From contig MU004239.1 in the NCBI GenBank assembly GCA_010405405.1, positions 1 to 64,000 of the forward strand: a stretch of 64,000 nucleotides of DNA, given 5' to 3'. Position 1 is the first letter of the stretch, and each line of letters starts with the position of its first letter. Shown here in pieces: positions 1 to 12,632 of the stretch. The position numbers and the translations under genes are program-made. The notes under the pieces were generated by a model. It was not told where the DNA came from and searched no databases. It worked only from the letters and a program-made list of their open reading frames with translations. This stretch comes from Microthyrium microscopicum (taxonomy: Eukaryota).

Positions 1-1115
1 CTGATTATAAGTTGCCTTCAAATCTGTTTATATAAAGGCATAGCTATCAGCCATTTGCCCACAGACCACATCCTTTCGCACATTACCTTGCGGTTATGCT
101 TCAGTTTTGTCTACTCAAACGACATGTTCGAAGAGCAGACAACTTGATCAAATTGTAGACGTCGATTTTCATCCAAGTCCGAAATTTGCAATACCAAGCT
201 ATTCAGCAAAATCTGCGTTAAGCATGATTGCGCGAAAAATCAGTTCAATGCCAACTAAAAATTGGCGATTGCTCGCTAATCTTTAGCGACTCCTCACTAA
301 TTCTTTCATGAAAGAGCCAAAATGGTGCTGTGGCCTTACTCTCTCAGTCTACTGCATAGCCGTGGAGCTGCCCCGTTCGGCTCCTCACTCTGCACTGTTG
401 CCACCACAAACTGGCTCAAATCAACTCCGGTCTATCTCCGATATTCTTCACTCTTCGTCGCCTTCCACGTTTCTCCTCTATTCCCTCGTCCACTCCAGTA
501 ATAACCCCACCCAACCCACCACATCTGCGGTATTTTGATCAGTCGATTTGGGCTGCTGCCCTCTATTTTACGCAGTTCAAAACCCATTTAAGCGCTGACT
601 CCTCATTATTACGGCGTCGCAATTTAGCTGCCGTTCCTCAGTTTATAATGGTTTTTTGCTATGGTTTCTGCCTCCGTACTCTGTATATTCATCCAAGTAC
701 CTGAGAAGCTCTTCACATGATATTTATTGCTTTCGAATGCCATCTTTTGCTAGCATTCTTTGCATCCTCGTCTCTATATTCCATTCCATTCACTATATCG
801 GCGCTTTTGAGAGGTTCCTAATACTAGCGGCGGGCATGTTTGTGCGGCTGGTGAGAGGTCACAATGCCATTTGAGCCATCCCATGATACATTGACAACAA
901 CCCAACGAGGTTACATACTGCAAAGGGTACATTCACAAGGTATTCCAAAGTAAGTGGTTTATGTGGAATGGCACTGGGGCAAGCTTTCTTGCCAATTCCT
1001 TCGTCATTATCTCTCCGATTTCGCATCCAGGTCGGCAAAACCACATTATTACATTACGTCCATCGACCATCCACACTTTTACCAGTACTGTTGCTTTTCA
1101 GCATATTCCCCAAAA

Positions 1116-3028
1116 ATGGCTGGACTTGTAGTACGATCAACCCGGTATGACCAATAGTGACGCTGGAGGCTGTGTCCATTTACTGACTGTACCACACGCA
1201 GTTCGAGAGGATCGTTCAGGTTGACCTTAAAATTTACACTGTGTAAACCAACGTTGCTTTTTGGAAATAAAATGAGGTTGGACCATACTGCTAGAAAATT
1301 TGGAACGCTATCTGAACCTCCTCGATTTGTCAGTAACACCAACCATACAGCGTGATATTGTTTGGTGTTGACAGTCATTCTATAGCATGTATTGCCAAAC
1401 CAGAACAGACCGAAGCAGGAAGCCCAACCTGCTCGAGTGTACAATGATAAAATCCAGGTCTTCTCGGATGTATCCAATAGATATGTGGATATGTAAGTAC
1501 AGGGTCCCTTGGAAGACCATCAAGTAACAATTCATAGACCGAATGTGTGGCTGAGGTTGGTGGTGTGCATTTCTATGTTCAAGACAGCCTTCTCATATGA
1601 TTATAGAGATCATTGCCACTGCGCAAAATGCTTCCATGAAGTTACCAAGCAGAGAATCATAGAAACATTTGACGAAGTGATTTTAAACGCGAACTAAAAT
1701 GCGAAACCGAGAATTGATTGTCATAGATACCCGAGGATGTCCGTATCGTGGAAGGAACACTCACAGAGCAAGCTGATACAATATCCATGCAATGTAAGAC
1801 TATCCTTTCAAATCACACCCGAAAGCACTTGCTGATATGTACCAGGGCAGGACGGTCATTCCAGTACCTTTGATAAGCAATGGCTTGTGGCTTGTGGTCT
1901 TAGAAACCGACCTAGATCTTCAGAAAGGCTAGCGGTTACTCGGTATGCTTATTCCAAGTCCAAGCATACCCAATTCTCAAGTGCAGCAGAACTCGGCTTT
2001 GGGACGGCAAGAGCATCAAAGCCAACCCACCGTCTGTTCAGTATGACGACATCATTAACAGCGACACTGGAGTGCTGGAATGGTTGCTGAAAATAGTGAG
2101 AAGCTCAAGAGTTCGAGGTTCTATACAACCTGACGATACAGTAGAAAGAATACGGCTTCAGCTATGTTGATAAATGCCCGCCAACTCCTGAAGCGAGCGA
2201 GGCGCTTTTGAAGAGAATTGCTTTCATAAGGAATACTCATTACGGTACGTAGTGAAAATACTACGGCAGAGAGCAACAAAGCTGAACTTCAACTAGGCGG
2301 ATTCTATGACTTTACAGCTGATCTTGCAAGTGGTGACACTGCGTATACCCAGCTCGGAATCGGGGCTCATACGGACAATACCTACTTCAGCGATCCTGCA
2401 GGCCTTCAGATGTTCCATATCTTGTCTCACACCAATGGCAGTGGCGGCGCCTCTCAGTTAGTCGACGGGTTCAGCGCTGCCGCCGAACTGTATGAGCAAG
2501 ACCGCGATGCATACAACATTCTAGCAACCACCACTGTATACAGTCATGCAAGCGGAGGTGATGATATGAGTATTCAGCCGTACAGAGCATTCCCAGTCCT
2601 TTTGCATGATTCCCAAGACGGCTCTTTAGTACAGGTCAGATGGAATACAACAGATCGAGCGACAATTGACACGCCCATGGAAAGTATGAGCCAGTGGTAT
2701 AGTGCGGCAAGGTGAGAAGGACCGCCACCCAACCCGAAATCGAAACAATAACGACTTATAGGCAATGGGCAAACATTCTGAGAAAGCAGGAATATTGGGA
2801 ACAACTGCAGCCAGGGCGGCCACTTGTGTTTGACAATTGGCGTGTTTTACACGGGCGCTCGGCCTTCACCGGGAACAGAAGAGTATGCGGCGGATACAGT
2901 AAGGCATTTGACATGGCGTTTGGCTCCTTTATTAACTCGATGTAGTCAACCGAGACGACTGGATCTCCCGATTTCGTATACTCAACAAAGGCCGTAGCGC
3001 GGTGCTTGACGAAGTCTTGCGGGCGTAA
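1116..3028 (+). CDS. Trimethyllysine dioxygenase (carnitine biosynthesis), about 12 exons, Arg/Ser-rich mitochondrial-type presequence
   Basis: Hand-spliced frame reads MAGLVVRSTRSRGSFRL...PNVWLR|DHCHCAKCFHEVTKQR (Zn-binding N-domain)...RNTHYG|GFYDFTAD...AHTDNTYFSDPAGLQMFH...FDNWRVLHGRSAF...NRDDWISRF. HxD...H 2-oxoglutarate/Fe motif present; stop TAA 3026-3028. Start codon less certain. Confidence 0.88.
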
Positions 3029-3162
3029 GCAGTTCAATCACTATGTGATACTCCGTAGGAAAGCCTTGATTGACAAATTCAATAACTGGACCATATGTTT
3101 GTCTGATTGATAGTATACACAAAAACCTTTGAACAAGAAGATATATACGGAGCTGTTAGTCG

Positions 3163-4736
3163 CTATTTCCCCGTAGATTGAACGGGTACGCAAGCCCAAG
3201 AACAACCACGACGTAATAGTGGCCAGAAATTTTCTTCGGATCCCATGGCTGAAGACCCTTTGGGCATACAGTGCCAGTATTCGATCCATTCAGCTCGTGG
3301 GATTTGGTAATGCCTAGAGCAAACACTGCAGACTCTTCCGCCCTCCTTCACCGAGCCATAAGTCTCCTCCAGAGCCCGAACAACCGGAATTGGAGTTTCA
3401 CTTGGAAGAAGTGATTGTATTTGATCAAGGTATGGTGAGGCCGCACACTGAGCCATGCAGAGTTCCAGCAAAGAAGGTGTAGAAGAGCTCGATCTTGGAG
3501 ATTCAACAGGCGCATAAGGATCTGCTTCAAAGTGGGTGACCGAGGCGGAAGCTTTGGAAGGCATAGTCCCCTTTACACCCATAATTGGTGTTCCGTCTGA
3601 ATTGAGATACCAGACTCGCGTGGATGCAATGTGGACGCAAAGGGGCCCAAACTTATCGGGCTCTGTCCATAGACACTGTGGTCCAGTTGCGGAAAGTAAT
3701 TGAGGGTCAGCTTCACGTAAGGCCTGCCAAACTCTTTCCAAGAGCTTACATAGCCACCGAGAAGGATGACTCCCTTGACCACCAGAGCTTATCTCGCTCT
3801 CCGATTTCAGCTCTTTTAACCGAAGTTTGTACATACCGGATTCTGGCGGAATATGATGAGTGCGGTCCATAGGGGGAGCATGAGCATCGATACCAATGAA
3901 GAGAGGATTTGGTCGAAGGTGCATAGTTCTAAGAGCCTTTCCGGGTCCGAGTAGCCGAAGAATTTCCCAAGGAAGTGAGCGCAGACTATTATTTGCCAAA
4001 TTCAATTCCGTTAGGTTGGAAAGCTTGGAGATTGATGCTGGAATGCTTCTCAAGTTATTATTGCGAACCGATAGCACAGTTAGGTTATCTAAAGACCATA
4101 GTGCCGGCGGTAGAGCAGGTAAGAGGTTGTTGGCCAAATACAGCTGTATTTTGGGTGCCAAAGGTTGGAATTCTTGTTCAATGGGTGATTGTGATTCATT
4201 GAAAAATCTTGGAACTTTGACCAGAGAGTCCAAATCTTTCGCTATTGAATTTGGTAATTCAACCAAGTCTAGATCTCTGAAACAGGTCAGCAAAATTTCA
4301 CTCGCAAGTGTCCAGTAACTTTATAGAGATAAGCTTACGACAAGTCCACTATATCGTCTCCCTTTTCAAGTGCCTCATTCACAATATCTTGCGCTCGACT
4401 CAGCGGAGTTGAGACACTTGCCACCCTACGGAACGCACGAGAAGGGATAACATGGTCTTTTATTGGAGCATGCTGATCTGACGACATAAACACACCGCTA
4501 TCAAAATTTCTAGCCAGGTCTGTTTTGTCGTTTGGCTGGTCGGGTGCGCCCCACCATGCTCCTGAATATATCCTTTTGCGTCTATCGGAGTCAAGAGAAA
4601 CTTCGGGCGGGTCCGAGGAAAAGACTGGCGGATCCGAACTGAAACCCGAAACGTCGTGAAGATGATCGAAGCGTCTTTTACGATCGAGTCGTGAGGTTGG
4701 TAGAGGTGGAGAACTCGGCAGGTCACTGTCTGCCAT
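3163..4736 (-). CDS. Leucine-rich-repeat protein, 2 exons
   Basis: ORFs 4335-4736 and 3163-4293 join through a GTAAGC..CTGAC..CAG intron (about 4278-4338). LxxLxLxxNxL repeats (LYLANNLL, LSVRNNNL, LNLANNSL) and a Cys-rich C-terminus. Confidence 0.8.
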
Positions 4737-5397
4737 ATTGATACTGAGCGGAATATAAGGAGGAAAAGAATTTGGCTAGGTATGGATAGCCAATCCAACG
4801 AATGACTGGCAAAAGGCGAGACTTCGAGAGCGCAGCGCGCTTTGGTGCTTCGTGGAGATGTGTTTGGGATCTGGTGGGTGGAGGTGTTGGACGCGTCGAA
4901 CAACTTGGAGCTACGATATCTCGCGTCATCGCGTCAGCCGAGGCCTAATCCTTTTTCAGGTTGGTGGCGTGACGCTGCTTTGTTTCTCACGAGGCGATAT
5001 TCGATTAAAGGTTGGGTGGGCAGTCAAGAAAGTCCTTGGCAAATAAAGCACTTGATAATAAAACGTAATACATAGGAGCCATCGAAGTTGATGGGGTGCT
5101 GATAATACCTCCGTATCCGTAGCTTCTCGATGTTGCGAGGACAGTTTGCTAGCGACTATCTGCGAGAAGATTAGTGGTAGCTGCTAGTGGCCTTCTTGTT
5201 AGCGACGTCCATCTAGTGAGGCCAGTAGCTGGCTCACAGAAAAATGGCCACGTTGCCTCGCTATTATTTAGTGGTGCTTCAGTAGGTATCAGGCACTAGA
5301 GCTCCCTTGCGCGCTCCCAGCAATGCGGATTGTACCTTTTGATAGGCACTGGTCTCGCTGTTATTAGCTAGTAGTTTCAGTGAGTGTAAGTCTAGTG

Positions 5398-5459
5398 ATC
5401 AAAAGGGACAGTGCCGTGTGAAATCAAAAGGGACAAAATGTTGCTGATCAAAGGGGACA
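5398..5459. repeat. Three spaced copies of ATCAAARGGGACA upstream of CAB2
   Basis: Copies at 5398-5410, 5423-5435 and 5447-5459 with unrelated spacers. Confidence 0.8.
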
Positions 5460-5662
5460 CAATTTGTTGCCCAAGTTCCCAAGTCAACCTCGCCCATCAA
5501 TCTCCAGGTCCAAGCAGATCATTTGTCACGTGAATATCTCTCCATCCTCCTTTTATCACATCTTTTCCAATTCGCATTTTCAGACACTTTGCATTTACTG
5601 ATAGTTCATTCAGCTTTCTTTTTCTTATTCTTCTTCTACCTGCAACTTGGAACTCTTCCGAT

Positions 5663-6766
5663 ATGGCTGAGTCTCAAAATCCTGCTGCAGCCGAGCAGGA
5701 CTACTTCACCACCAATTCTCCTCCACCCACGCTGCAGAAATATCTAACTTTGGCCAAAGCTTTCATCGATGAACATGCTGTGCAAGGTCGCAAAGTGGTA
5801 TTGGTCACATCTGGAGGCACAACTGTTCCTCTGGAAAATCAGACTGTTCGCTACATAGACAACTTCTCTGCTGGAACTCGAGGAGCCACGAGTGCCGAAT
5901 ATTTTCTTGATGCCGGCTATGCGGTCATTTTCTTACATCGGCAGTTCTCTCTATTGCCATATTCTCGGCATTATTCACACAGCACCCGGTCATTTCTGGA
6001 CTTTATGAAAGAAGAGAATGGCCAAGTCGTTATTGATCAGGAGCATCAGCAAGATATGCTTAAAGTGTTTCGAAAACATCACCATGCCAAGCAAAACAAC
6101 TTGCTGCTTGGCTTGCCGTTTGTCACAGTAACAGAATATCTCTGGGAACTTAGGGAGATAGCCAAAATCATGCATCCACTAGGCTCTAGAGCATTATTCT
6201 ACCTGGCCGCTGCTGTCTCGGACTTTTTTGTACCTCAGGACCGTATGGTGGAACACAAGATTCAGTCCAATGAAGAATTTACTGGCCATAATGAACAAGA
6301 TGTGACAGGCAAGCGACAGGCGGCACGAACAGACGGGAGCTCTCTTATAATTGATCTGGATCCTGTTCCAAAGTTTCTCAAGCAGCTCGTGGACGCCTGG
6401 GCACCTGATGCCATCATTGTCAGTTTCAAACTGGAGACAGATCCAGCAATTCTCGTTCAGAAGGCAGAATACGCCCTGAAGAAATACGCTCATCATCTTG
6501 TTATAGGTAACTTGCTCACAACAAGGAAATGGGAGGTTGTTTTCGTCTCAGACGAAGGCCACAAATGGATTCGAGTTCCGAGAGGACGCAGAGGCAAGAG
6601 CATATCTGGCGTTGAAGCACAAGTCGGACAAGCAGATGACAACTCCAATTCCTTGGATGCGGGTGACCACAAATTCGTTGGAGAACCTGCTGTCGAGATT
6701 GAGAGTTTAATCATACCTGCAATAGCTCAGATACAAGATCGTTTAATCAAATCAAGATCAGGATGA
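5663..6766 (+). CDS. CAB2: Phosphopantothenate--cysteine ligase (CoA biosynthesis)
   Basis: LVTSGGTTVPLE..VRYIDNFSAGTRGATSAEYFL, YLAAAVSDFF and VSFKLETD motifs; intronless 367 aa. Confidence 0.95.
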   Translation: MAESQNPAAAEQDYFTTNSPPPTLQKYLTLAKAFIDEHAVQGRKVVLVTSGGTTVPLENQTVRYIDNFSAGTRGATSAEYFLDAGYAVIFLHRQFSLLPYSRHYSHSTRSFLDFMKEENGQVVIDQEHQQDMLKVFRKHHHAKQNNLLLGLPFVTVTEYLWELREIAKIMHPLGSRALFYLAAAVSDFFVPQDRMVEHKIQSNEEFTGHNEQDVTGKRQAARTDGSSLIIDLDPVPKFLKQLVDAWAPDAIIVSFKLETDPAILVQKAEYALKKYAHHLVIGNLLTTRKWEVVFVSDEGHKWIRVPRGRRGKSISGVEAQVGQADDNSNSLDAGDHKFVGEPAVEIESLIIPAIAQIQDRLIKSRSG

Positions 6767-9036
6767 CACTTAGACTGGCTGGTAGTACTTCAGACATCTA
6801 ATAGATCAACGCACAAATGAGTATGTACGAATACATATTACCTTGCAAATTCCTCAATAACTCTCCTATCTAGCTACCGACCTTGTACTGATATGAAGAT
6901 GTGGAGGTTAGGCTGTGGGGGCATTTCAAGTTGCTTGCTGAAGGACATACCTTTTAACAAAATACCTTAAAGACTGCAGCAAACTTCCACGAATTTGAGG
7001 AAGCACGAACTGCTTACAGTACCTGAACGATTTGAAGTACACCAACGTGCTGTATCTGATAGTTCATTTGACGTTGGTGAAACATTACATATGAGCAGGA
7101 AGTTTGATCGAAATACGCTTTGTAAACCTGATACAAACTGAACAACTCAAATCAAAATAGAAAACATCGACTCGAAATAACCTTCTCTCTACCAGTACAA
7201 GTAATAGGGAGATTATAGCTTGGAATGTTTTAGAAACAAGTTTTACCTCGAATCAGGTACATGCAAACATACTGTCAGAAAGAAAAAATGGACTCATTGA
7301 TTGAACGGATCCTACCTAGAACAATACATAGATTTTGAAAGATAGCGAAAACTGGACAGAGGGATTAGGATGTCAATAATGATGAACAGGTTAATGTTAA
7401 ATCGATTAATAAAAGCACCGCCTTCAGCCCTGGCAACGATCAGTGCCAACATTTACCGTAAGCATGTAGATCTTTATTCAGTCCTTGCCAGGTATATCTA
7501 CTAACTCATATTTTTTTGAAGGTGTGATGGATCATATAGGAGATTAACCTGATGTTTTGAATCATGCCATGCGGCAAATCGTTTCATATTCCATGTTTCG
7601 TGGAGCAATGGTGGTTGAAAACGGGGCCGCAAACTTGGGAAATGCGTTCAGCTTAGGTGTATTTCTAACTGATGCTGTTAGTAACTTCATCTTTGCCATC
7701 ATTTACCTTGATGTTCAACAAGACAGAGCCGTTAGTGAGTTCGGACATCTAAGGGAGTGGAGAGCAGGCCAAATATTGAAAGGCGTTCGAGACCAGTGGA
7801 CTGAGGATCGGCAATCGGCGTTACGGTAAAAGAGAGACACGAGTCAGGCAATTTCTAACATCCAATGTGACTATGAAGTTTAAACTTAGACAAGTACCTA
7901 CCGTAAATAAAGCACACACAACCCGTCGTTCAAAATCAGAGTTGAAGGTCCTGTCTTTATTGTTCTAAAACCTGACATACGCACTTCAGCTAGTATTGTA
8001 GACTTTGAACGTACTGCACGCCAGTAGTTGTCAGCTTGGAGCGCATGTACGGCACAGTACCGTACGATGCCTAGATATATCATGTCTTTTATATTTGCAT
8101 GGCTTCCAACTTGTAGCATTCGCAAGTGTCTGACAGCCAAGAGTGTGCTAGACAACAATACAATATGTTCCTGCATGGGTTGGAAGAAGATTCGTAATGG
8201 GTGATTATCAAATGGCTCAAAGTCTCACACGATAGATATATATCGGGTCTAAATGGGAGTCCTTAGACGGGAAAGCAACTGATGCATGTGTTCATGATCA
8301 GGACCGCGTCAGCGCCAAGGGCGAGCAGCATATTGACCTGCAGCAGCATCGAGGAAGATCACAGGATTTTCGAAATATCTAAAGAAAGATCTCAGTCGCA
8401 AAAGAATTGTGTGTGTCCGAGCCTCATTTGTTGCAAAGTTGCGGAGTCGGAGTGTGGGGTGCCGGTCTGTTGGGAAAATACTCTTTCTAGTGTCGAGCAA
8501 GGATTCAAGGCTGGGGAAGAGAGAGAGACGAGACGCGTCAGCCAAAATGCGACTTTCTGCACCTCATCCTCAGCCTTGTCGTGCTGAATGTCTCGAGAAA
8601 CGCCTTTCTCACACTCTTCCGTACCATACGGCTTCACGGAGTCTTCTCTCAAGCCTCAAAAATGCTCTGACTTTTCGTCCGCCAGCCGCCTTACTGGCCT
8701 GGTCAGCACTTAGAAGCTAGACTACTGCTACGGCACCTACATCATGATGGCTACCTTCTCTTGGCTGTTCCAGTGTCCATGCGACTCGTTGTCTGAACCC
8801 GTTTCTTAGTACTGCGCCTTCTGGCTCTCCCACCCGGCTTCCGAACGATCAACACGATCCCGTTTCTATAAAGTTGATGGTCCTGCCTTCTTCAGCCGCT
8901 AGCCAAGTAAACACTGCTTTTCATCACCCTATATTCCCCATCGTTGTTTCCACTTCTACATCAAGCTTGGTAACCCGTTTCGCCAAACAACTCTGCCCTA
9001 TCAAACACCCTACCAGTTCAGCCTCAGCAATCAAAC

Positions 9037-9738
9037 ATGAAGTTCTCAACTGTCATAACTGCCGTGGTCGGCTCTGTCGCGGCTCAAACCACCACCTCAA
9101 CAGTTCCAACCACCACAATGACTACCTCTACCACACCATTCTCTGGATATCCTGGTTTCGGAGGGTTCGGCGGTTTCAGCGCTAACCCATCTGCCCTCTC
9201 AGCATTGAGCAGCTACACTTCTGCTCACCCAAGTGGTTTCAATAGCGCCGACTATTCTTCCTTCACCTCACAATATGGCCCAGCGCCATCATTTGGCCCA
9301 GGTGGGGGAGCCGGTTGGGGAGCACCTTTCGGTGTCGGGCCTGGCGGCTGGAAACCTGTGAGCGGCGCACCATTCGGAGGTGGAAACTGGGGACCATTCG
9401 GCTCAGCTGGCGCATGGACGTCTGCTGCATGGACATCTTGGTGGGATAACGACAAGTGTCCTGCCTCCAACTGGCCAGGTTGGACCAGCGGAACCTGGAG
9501 CACAAACGCGCCATGGACATCTTGGACTGCTTGCACCGCAACCGCCACTACTTCAAGCACCTATACCACTACCATCAGTGGTGTTGCATCTGTTGCAACC
9601 AGCTTTGGATATCAAGTCGCGCAAGCCGCTCAATCTGGCTCGTCATCTACCTCCGCGTCAACTGGTGCGGCACCAACCAATGCCATCGGCGGGGGTGTTG
9701 CTGCATTTGCTTTCGTCGGTGCTGTGCTTCTCGCTTAG
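9037..9738 (+). CDS. Secreted, probably GPI-anchored Ser/Thr/Gly/Trp-rich cell-wall protein
   Basis: Signal peptide MKFSTVITAVVGSVAA, S/T-rich stalks, C-terminal omega region plus hydrophobic tail (STGAAPTNAIGGGVAAFAFVGAVLLA); TATA-like TATAAA near 8867. Confidence 0.8.
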   Translation: MKFSTVITAVVGSVAAQTTTSTVPTTTMTTSTTPFSGYPGFGGFGGFSANPSALSALSSYTSAHPSGFNSADYSSFTSQYGPAPSFGPGGGAGWGAPFGVGPGGWKPVSGAPFGGGNWGPFGSAGAWTSAAWTSWWDNDKCPASNWPGWTSGTWSTNAPWTSWTACTATATTSSTYTTTISGVASVATSFGYQVAQAAQSGSSSTSASTGAAPTNAIGGGVAAFAFVGAVLLA

Positions 9739-10586
9739 ATGGGCCTGAGTGGGTAATTGGGGTCAGTGGATTCCAATTGTATTCATGGAGGTATTTATTG
9801 GCATAAAAGCACATGCTTAGAGCTTGGATCTTGTTTTGTACCCACTGAACTATTGTATAATGTTAAAATTTGATGACTGCTGGATTTGCAAGATACCACT
9901 CGTTTTACGGATTTCGAATCAAGGTTAGATTCTATTGGAAATATATAACCATAATTACCATATCATCTTGACCCTTGACTGTGATAGAAACTTGGGACAT
10001 TTTGGCGGACAAGTGAAAAGTGCTGCTGGGAATAGGATGAACAGTAAACAACTGAAGTTGGGGATACTGACAGATTGGGAAGGCACGCCGGGCGGATAGC
10101 TCGTGCCTGCCACTCAAATGTCAGTCACTAAGGTAAGTCTTAGATATCCAGTAGGGCAGGTACCTACCGGTAGATGGGCAACGTTGGTAACGTCGAGCTT
10201 CCTGTCTCATCTATGAATCGAGATACTAAAACAGGCAGATAACTTTAGAAAGCCGAGGACAGCCTCAAGGTATTGCAAGTGTCCGAGAGGACAATGTAAT
10301 GTATTCGAGTACCACTTTTGTATGCCGACCGCTACGCCCATTAACTATAAAACAAGAGTGCATGCATTGTACAACGCAAAACAAAACAAGCCAACTTTTG
10401 CCGCCCATGATGCGGTCATACCTCATGTACTATGTTACCAGCCAGTCCGGACCTTCAAGGACGAACAGCCATCAAAGGTATTCAAGAACAAAGGTAAAAC
10501 ACAAGACAAGTGAAATCTAAACTCTATAGCTGCTCCTTTCCAAGGACTGGAAGAGAGTAATCGAAGCTGAAGTGACCAAGGAGGCA

Positions 10587-12054
10587 TTAAATCATGCCAA
10601 TAATAGCTGAGGCCCCCGGCTCGCTGCTAACGTAGACAACATCATGTGTGTCCGAAAATCCGTTGAACTTTGTCGCAGAGCATTTGGTGTAGGCTAGTCG
10701 AGGTCAATAACAAAATGAAAGAGGGGAGAAAAATATAAACTTACCGCCCATGTCCTCAAAGTAGAGCCAGTCTCCAGTTTCAATCACATCATCGAAGCTG
10801 CAGCTCTGAGAGATGCAATCGATTCCGTCGCAAGTTGGGCCCCAGATGGAGTATTCGACCATATTTGGACTCTCATAGCCATCGCGATTGTTCAGTTGTC
10901 CATATAAGTAACGATTTCCAATGCTGAGAACCCGAGGAATAGGATTCTGGTGATCAAACATGATGCTCGAGAAATTGCCATAAACACCGTCGTTAAGGTA
11001 TAGCATGTAACTGGTAGTTCCAAGTGTAGGATCGGTGACGGTACGGCGCGCGATAACATGACAAGCAAGCGAGAACGCGGAGGAAACGTAGTAGCGACCT
11101 GGCTCGCCGATGATGCGAATGTGCGGAGGAATGTAAGCATCCAGAGCCTCAGACAAGTATCCAGCCATGGTTTCAAATGTTTCAGAACAAAATCCACCTC
11201 CGACGTCCAATGTATGCATAGTAAAGCCGAGTTCGCCAGCTTGGTCGAAAACAAAACGGGCATCTTGAACAGCCTTGATAAAAGCCTGGGGATCGGAAGC
11301 GCCAGAGCCAATGTGGAAAGCCACGCCAACAACATTAAGGTCTAGTCGGTGGGCAAGCTCCAACAGCTCTCGAGTGGTATCTAAGGAGGCCCCGAACTTC
11401 TGACTCAGGCGACACAAGCTCCCGGAATCATCTGTGAGTATGCGGAGATATAGTTCTGCGTCGGGAAACAGGCCTTTGATTTTATGCAGCTCATCGGAAT
11501 TATCAAAAGTCATCTGCTTGACACCAGTTTTGGATGCGTATCGAAGATGGGATTTGGTCTTGCATGGCTGAGCGTAGATAATGCGGCTTGGGTCCACTCC
11601 CATGGAGAGAACTTGGTCCATTTCGGCTTTGGACGCACAATCGAAACCGGTGCCAAGTGCTTCCAGCAATCGAAGAACTTGCTGATCAGGATTGCATTTA
11701 ACAGCTGTAGTTGTATTAGATACTTAAATACAGAATTAGAGACTCGAACTTACCATAATGAGGTTTGACACGATTCAGATGCGTCTTCCAGCGCATATGC
11801 TGACGGTAGATTTCACCGAGATCAGCCACAAAAAAGGCATCTTCATCACCGGCATCACAAGTATCGCTATCAATGGCAACGATGCGGTTTTTCATCGCTG
11901 CGCCAACCAAAGCTTTGGAAAGCGTGGCATTTTGAGCTTTATCGCACTGTTCATTGCCTTTCAGACCGCCATTTTTGGGACAGAGTGGGGAGTTGTTATC
12001 GTCAAGATAGGTCTCATCTGAATATTCGTGGTAATCAAAGGCAGATGGTGCCAT
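10587..12054 (-). CDS. SPE1: Ornithine decarboxylase, 3 coding exons (introns 11753-11705 and 10744-10694)
   Basis: AFFVADLG, PHYAVKCN (PLP lysine motif across the junction), FDCASKAE, FHIGSG, LDVGGGF, EPGRYY, WGPTCDGID, MGAYT; stop TAA at 10589-10587. Confidence 0.97.
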
Positions 12055-12191
12055 TCCCTAGCAAACAGGAGATGACAAAAAGGGTGGCGAATGAGATCTT
12101 GGAGGAAGGGTAAAGTCTCGACTGTTGACGACTTGGACTTGCTGAACGATGTGTGTGTAAGTTTTGAGGCGTTGTACTTCAAGGGCTCGTC

Positions 12192-12582
12192 TTAGGGGGG
12201 CCGAAAAGGCTCGTAAGACCTGCGAAATATTAGTCTTGGATTTTACGATGTTGACAAGTGCTCTGGGATTGGTAATAGCCAAAACTCTGGTTGGTTGGAT
12301 TGCGACTGTAGGTGTTGATGTTCACGCAACGATTCAGCATAGCCATGGCATTGATTCATTCCCTCAGGTGGTCTGAAGTTATGTGACGAATGCCCAGCAT
12401 TGAATTTTTACAAGCACTCCGATCCAACATGAATTTTCGGGGTTGACTCACTGATCCAAAGGGCGGTTAGGCTTCCCTGCCTCTTCCTCGGGGAGAGGAA
12501 GAAGTCCAGAAAACGTCCTATGCGGCAGCTGAGTGTTGTTTGTATCGATTTCGAGTAGCTCGTTAGGCGCAAGAAGTAAAAT
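12192..12582 (-). CDS. Non-AUG (AUU) upstream ORF of ODC (uCC), spliced join(12582..12452,12219..12192), 52 aa ending RPP*
   Basis: AAG-ATT start (A at -3); donor GTGAGT at 12451; branch CTAAT plus CAG acceptor at 12220. Peptide (M)LLLAPNELLEIDTNNTQLPHRTFSGLLPLPEEEAGKPNRPLDQSYEPFRPP*. The spliced leader has no AUG. Confidence 0.75.
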
Positions 12583-12632
12583 CTTGACAAGCCGGGAATC
12601 CAGTGGAAGATGAGGAGAGAAACCCTAAGAAT

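Noticed and set aside
5398..5459. CRISPR-like array
   Set aside because: Repeats (13 bp) and spacers (11-12 bp) are too short, the context is eukaryotic and there are no cas genes.
6800..8900. Short ORFs and a TGATGA box-C-like word near 7380
   Set aside because: No coding signature, and no matching box D or terminal stem at a suitable distance.
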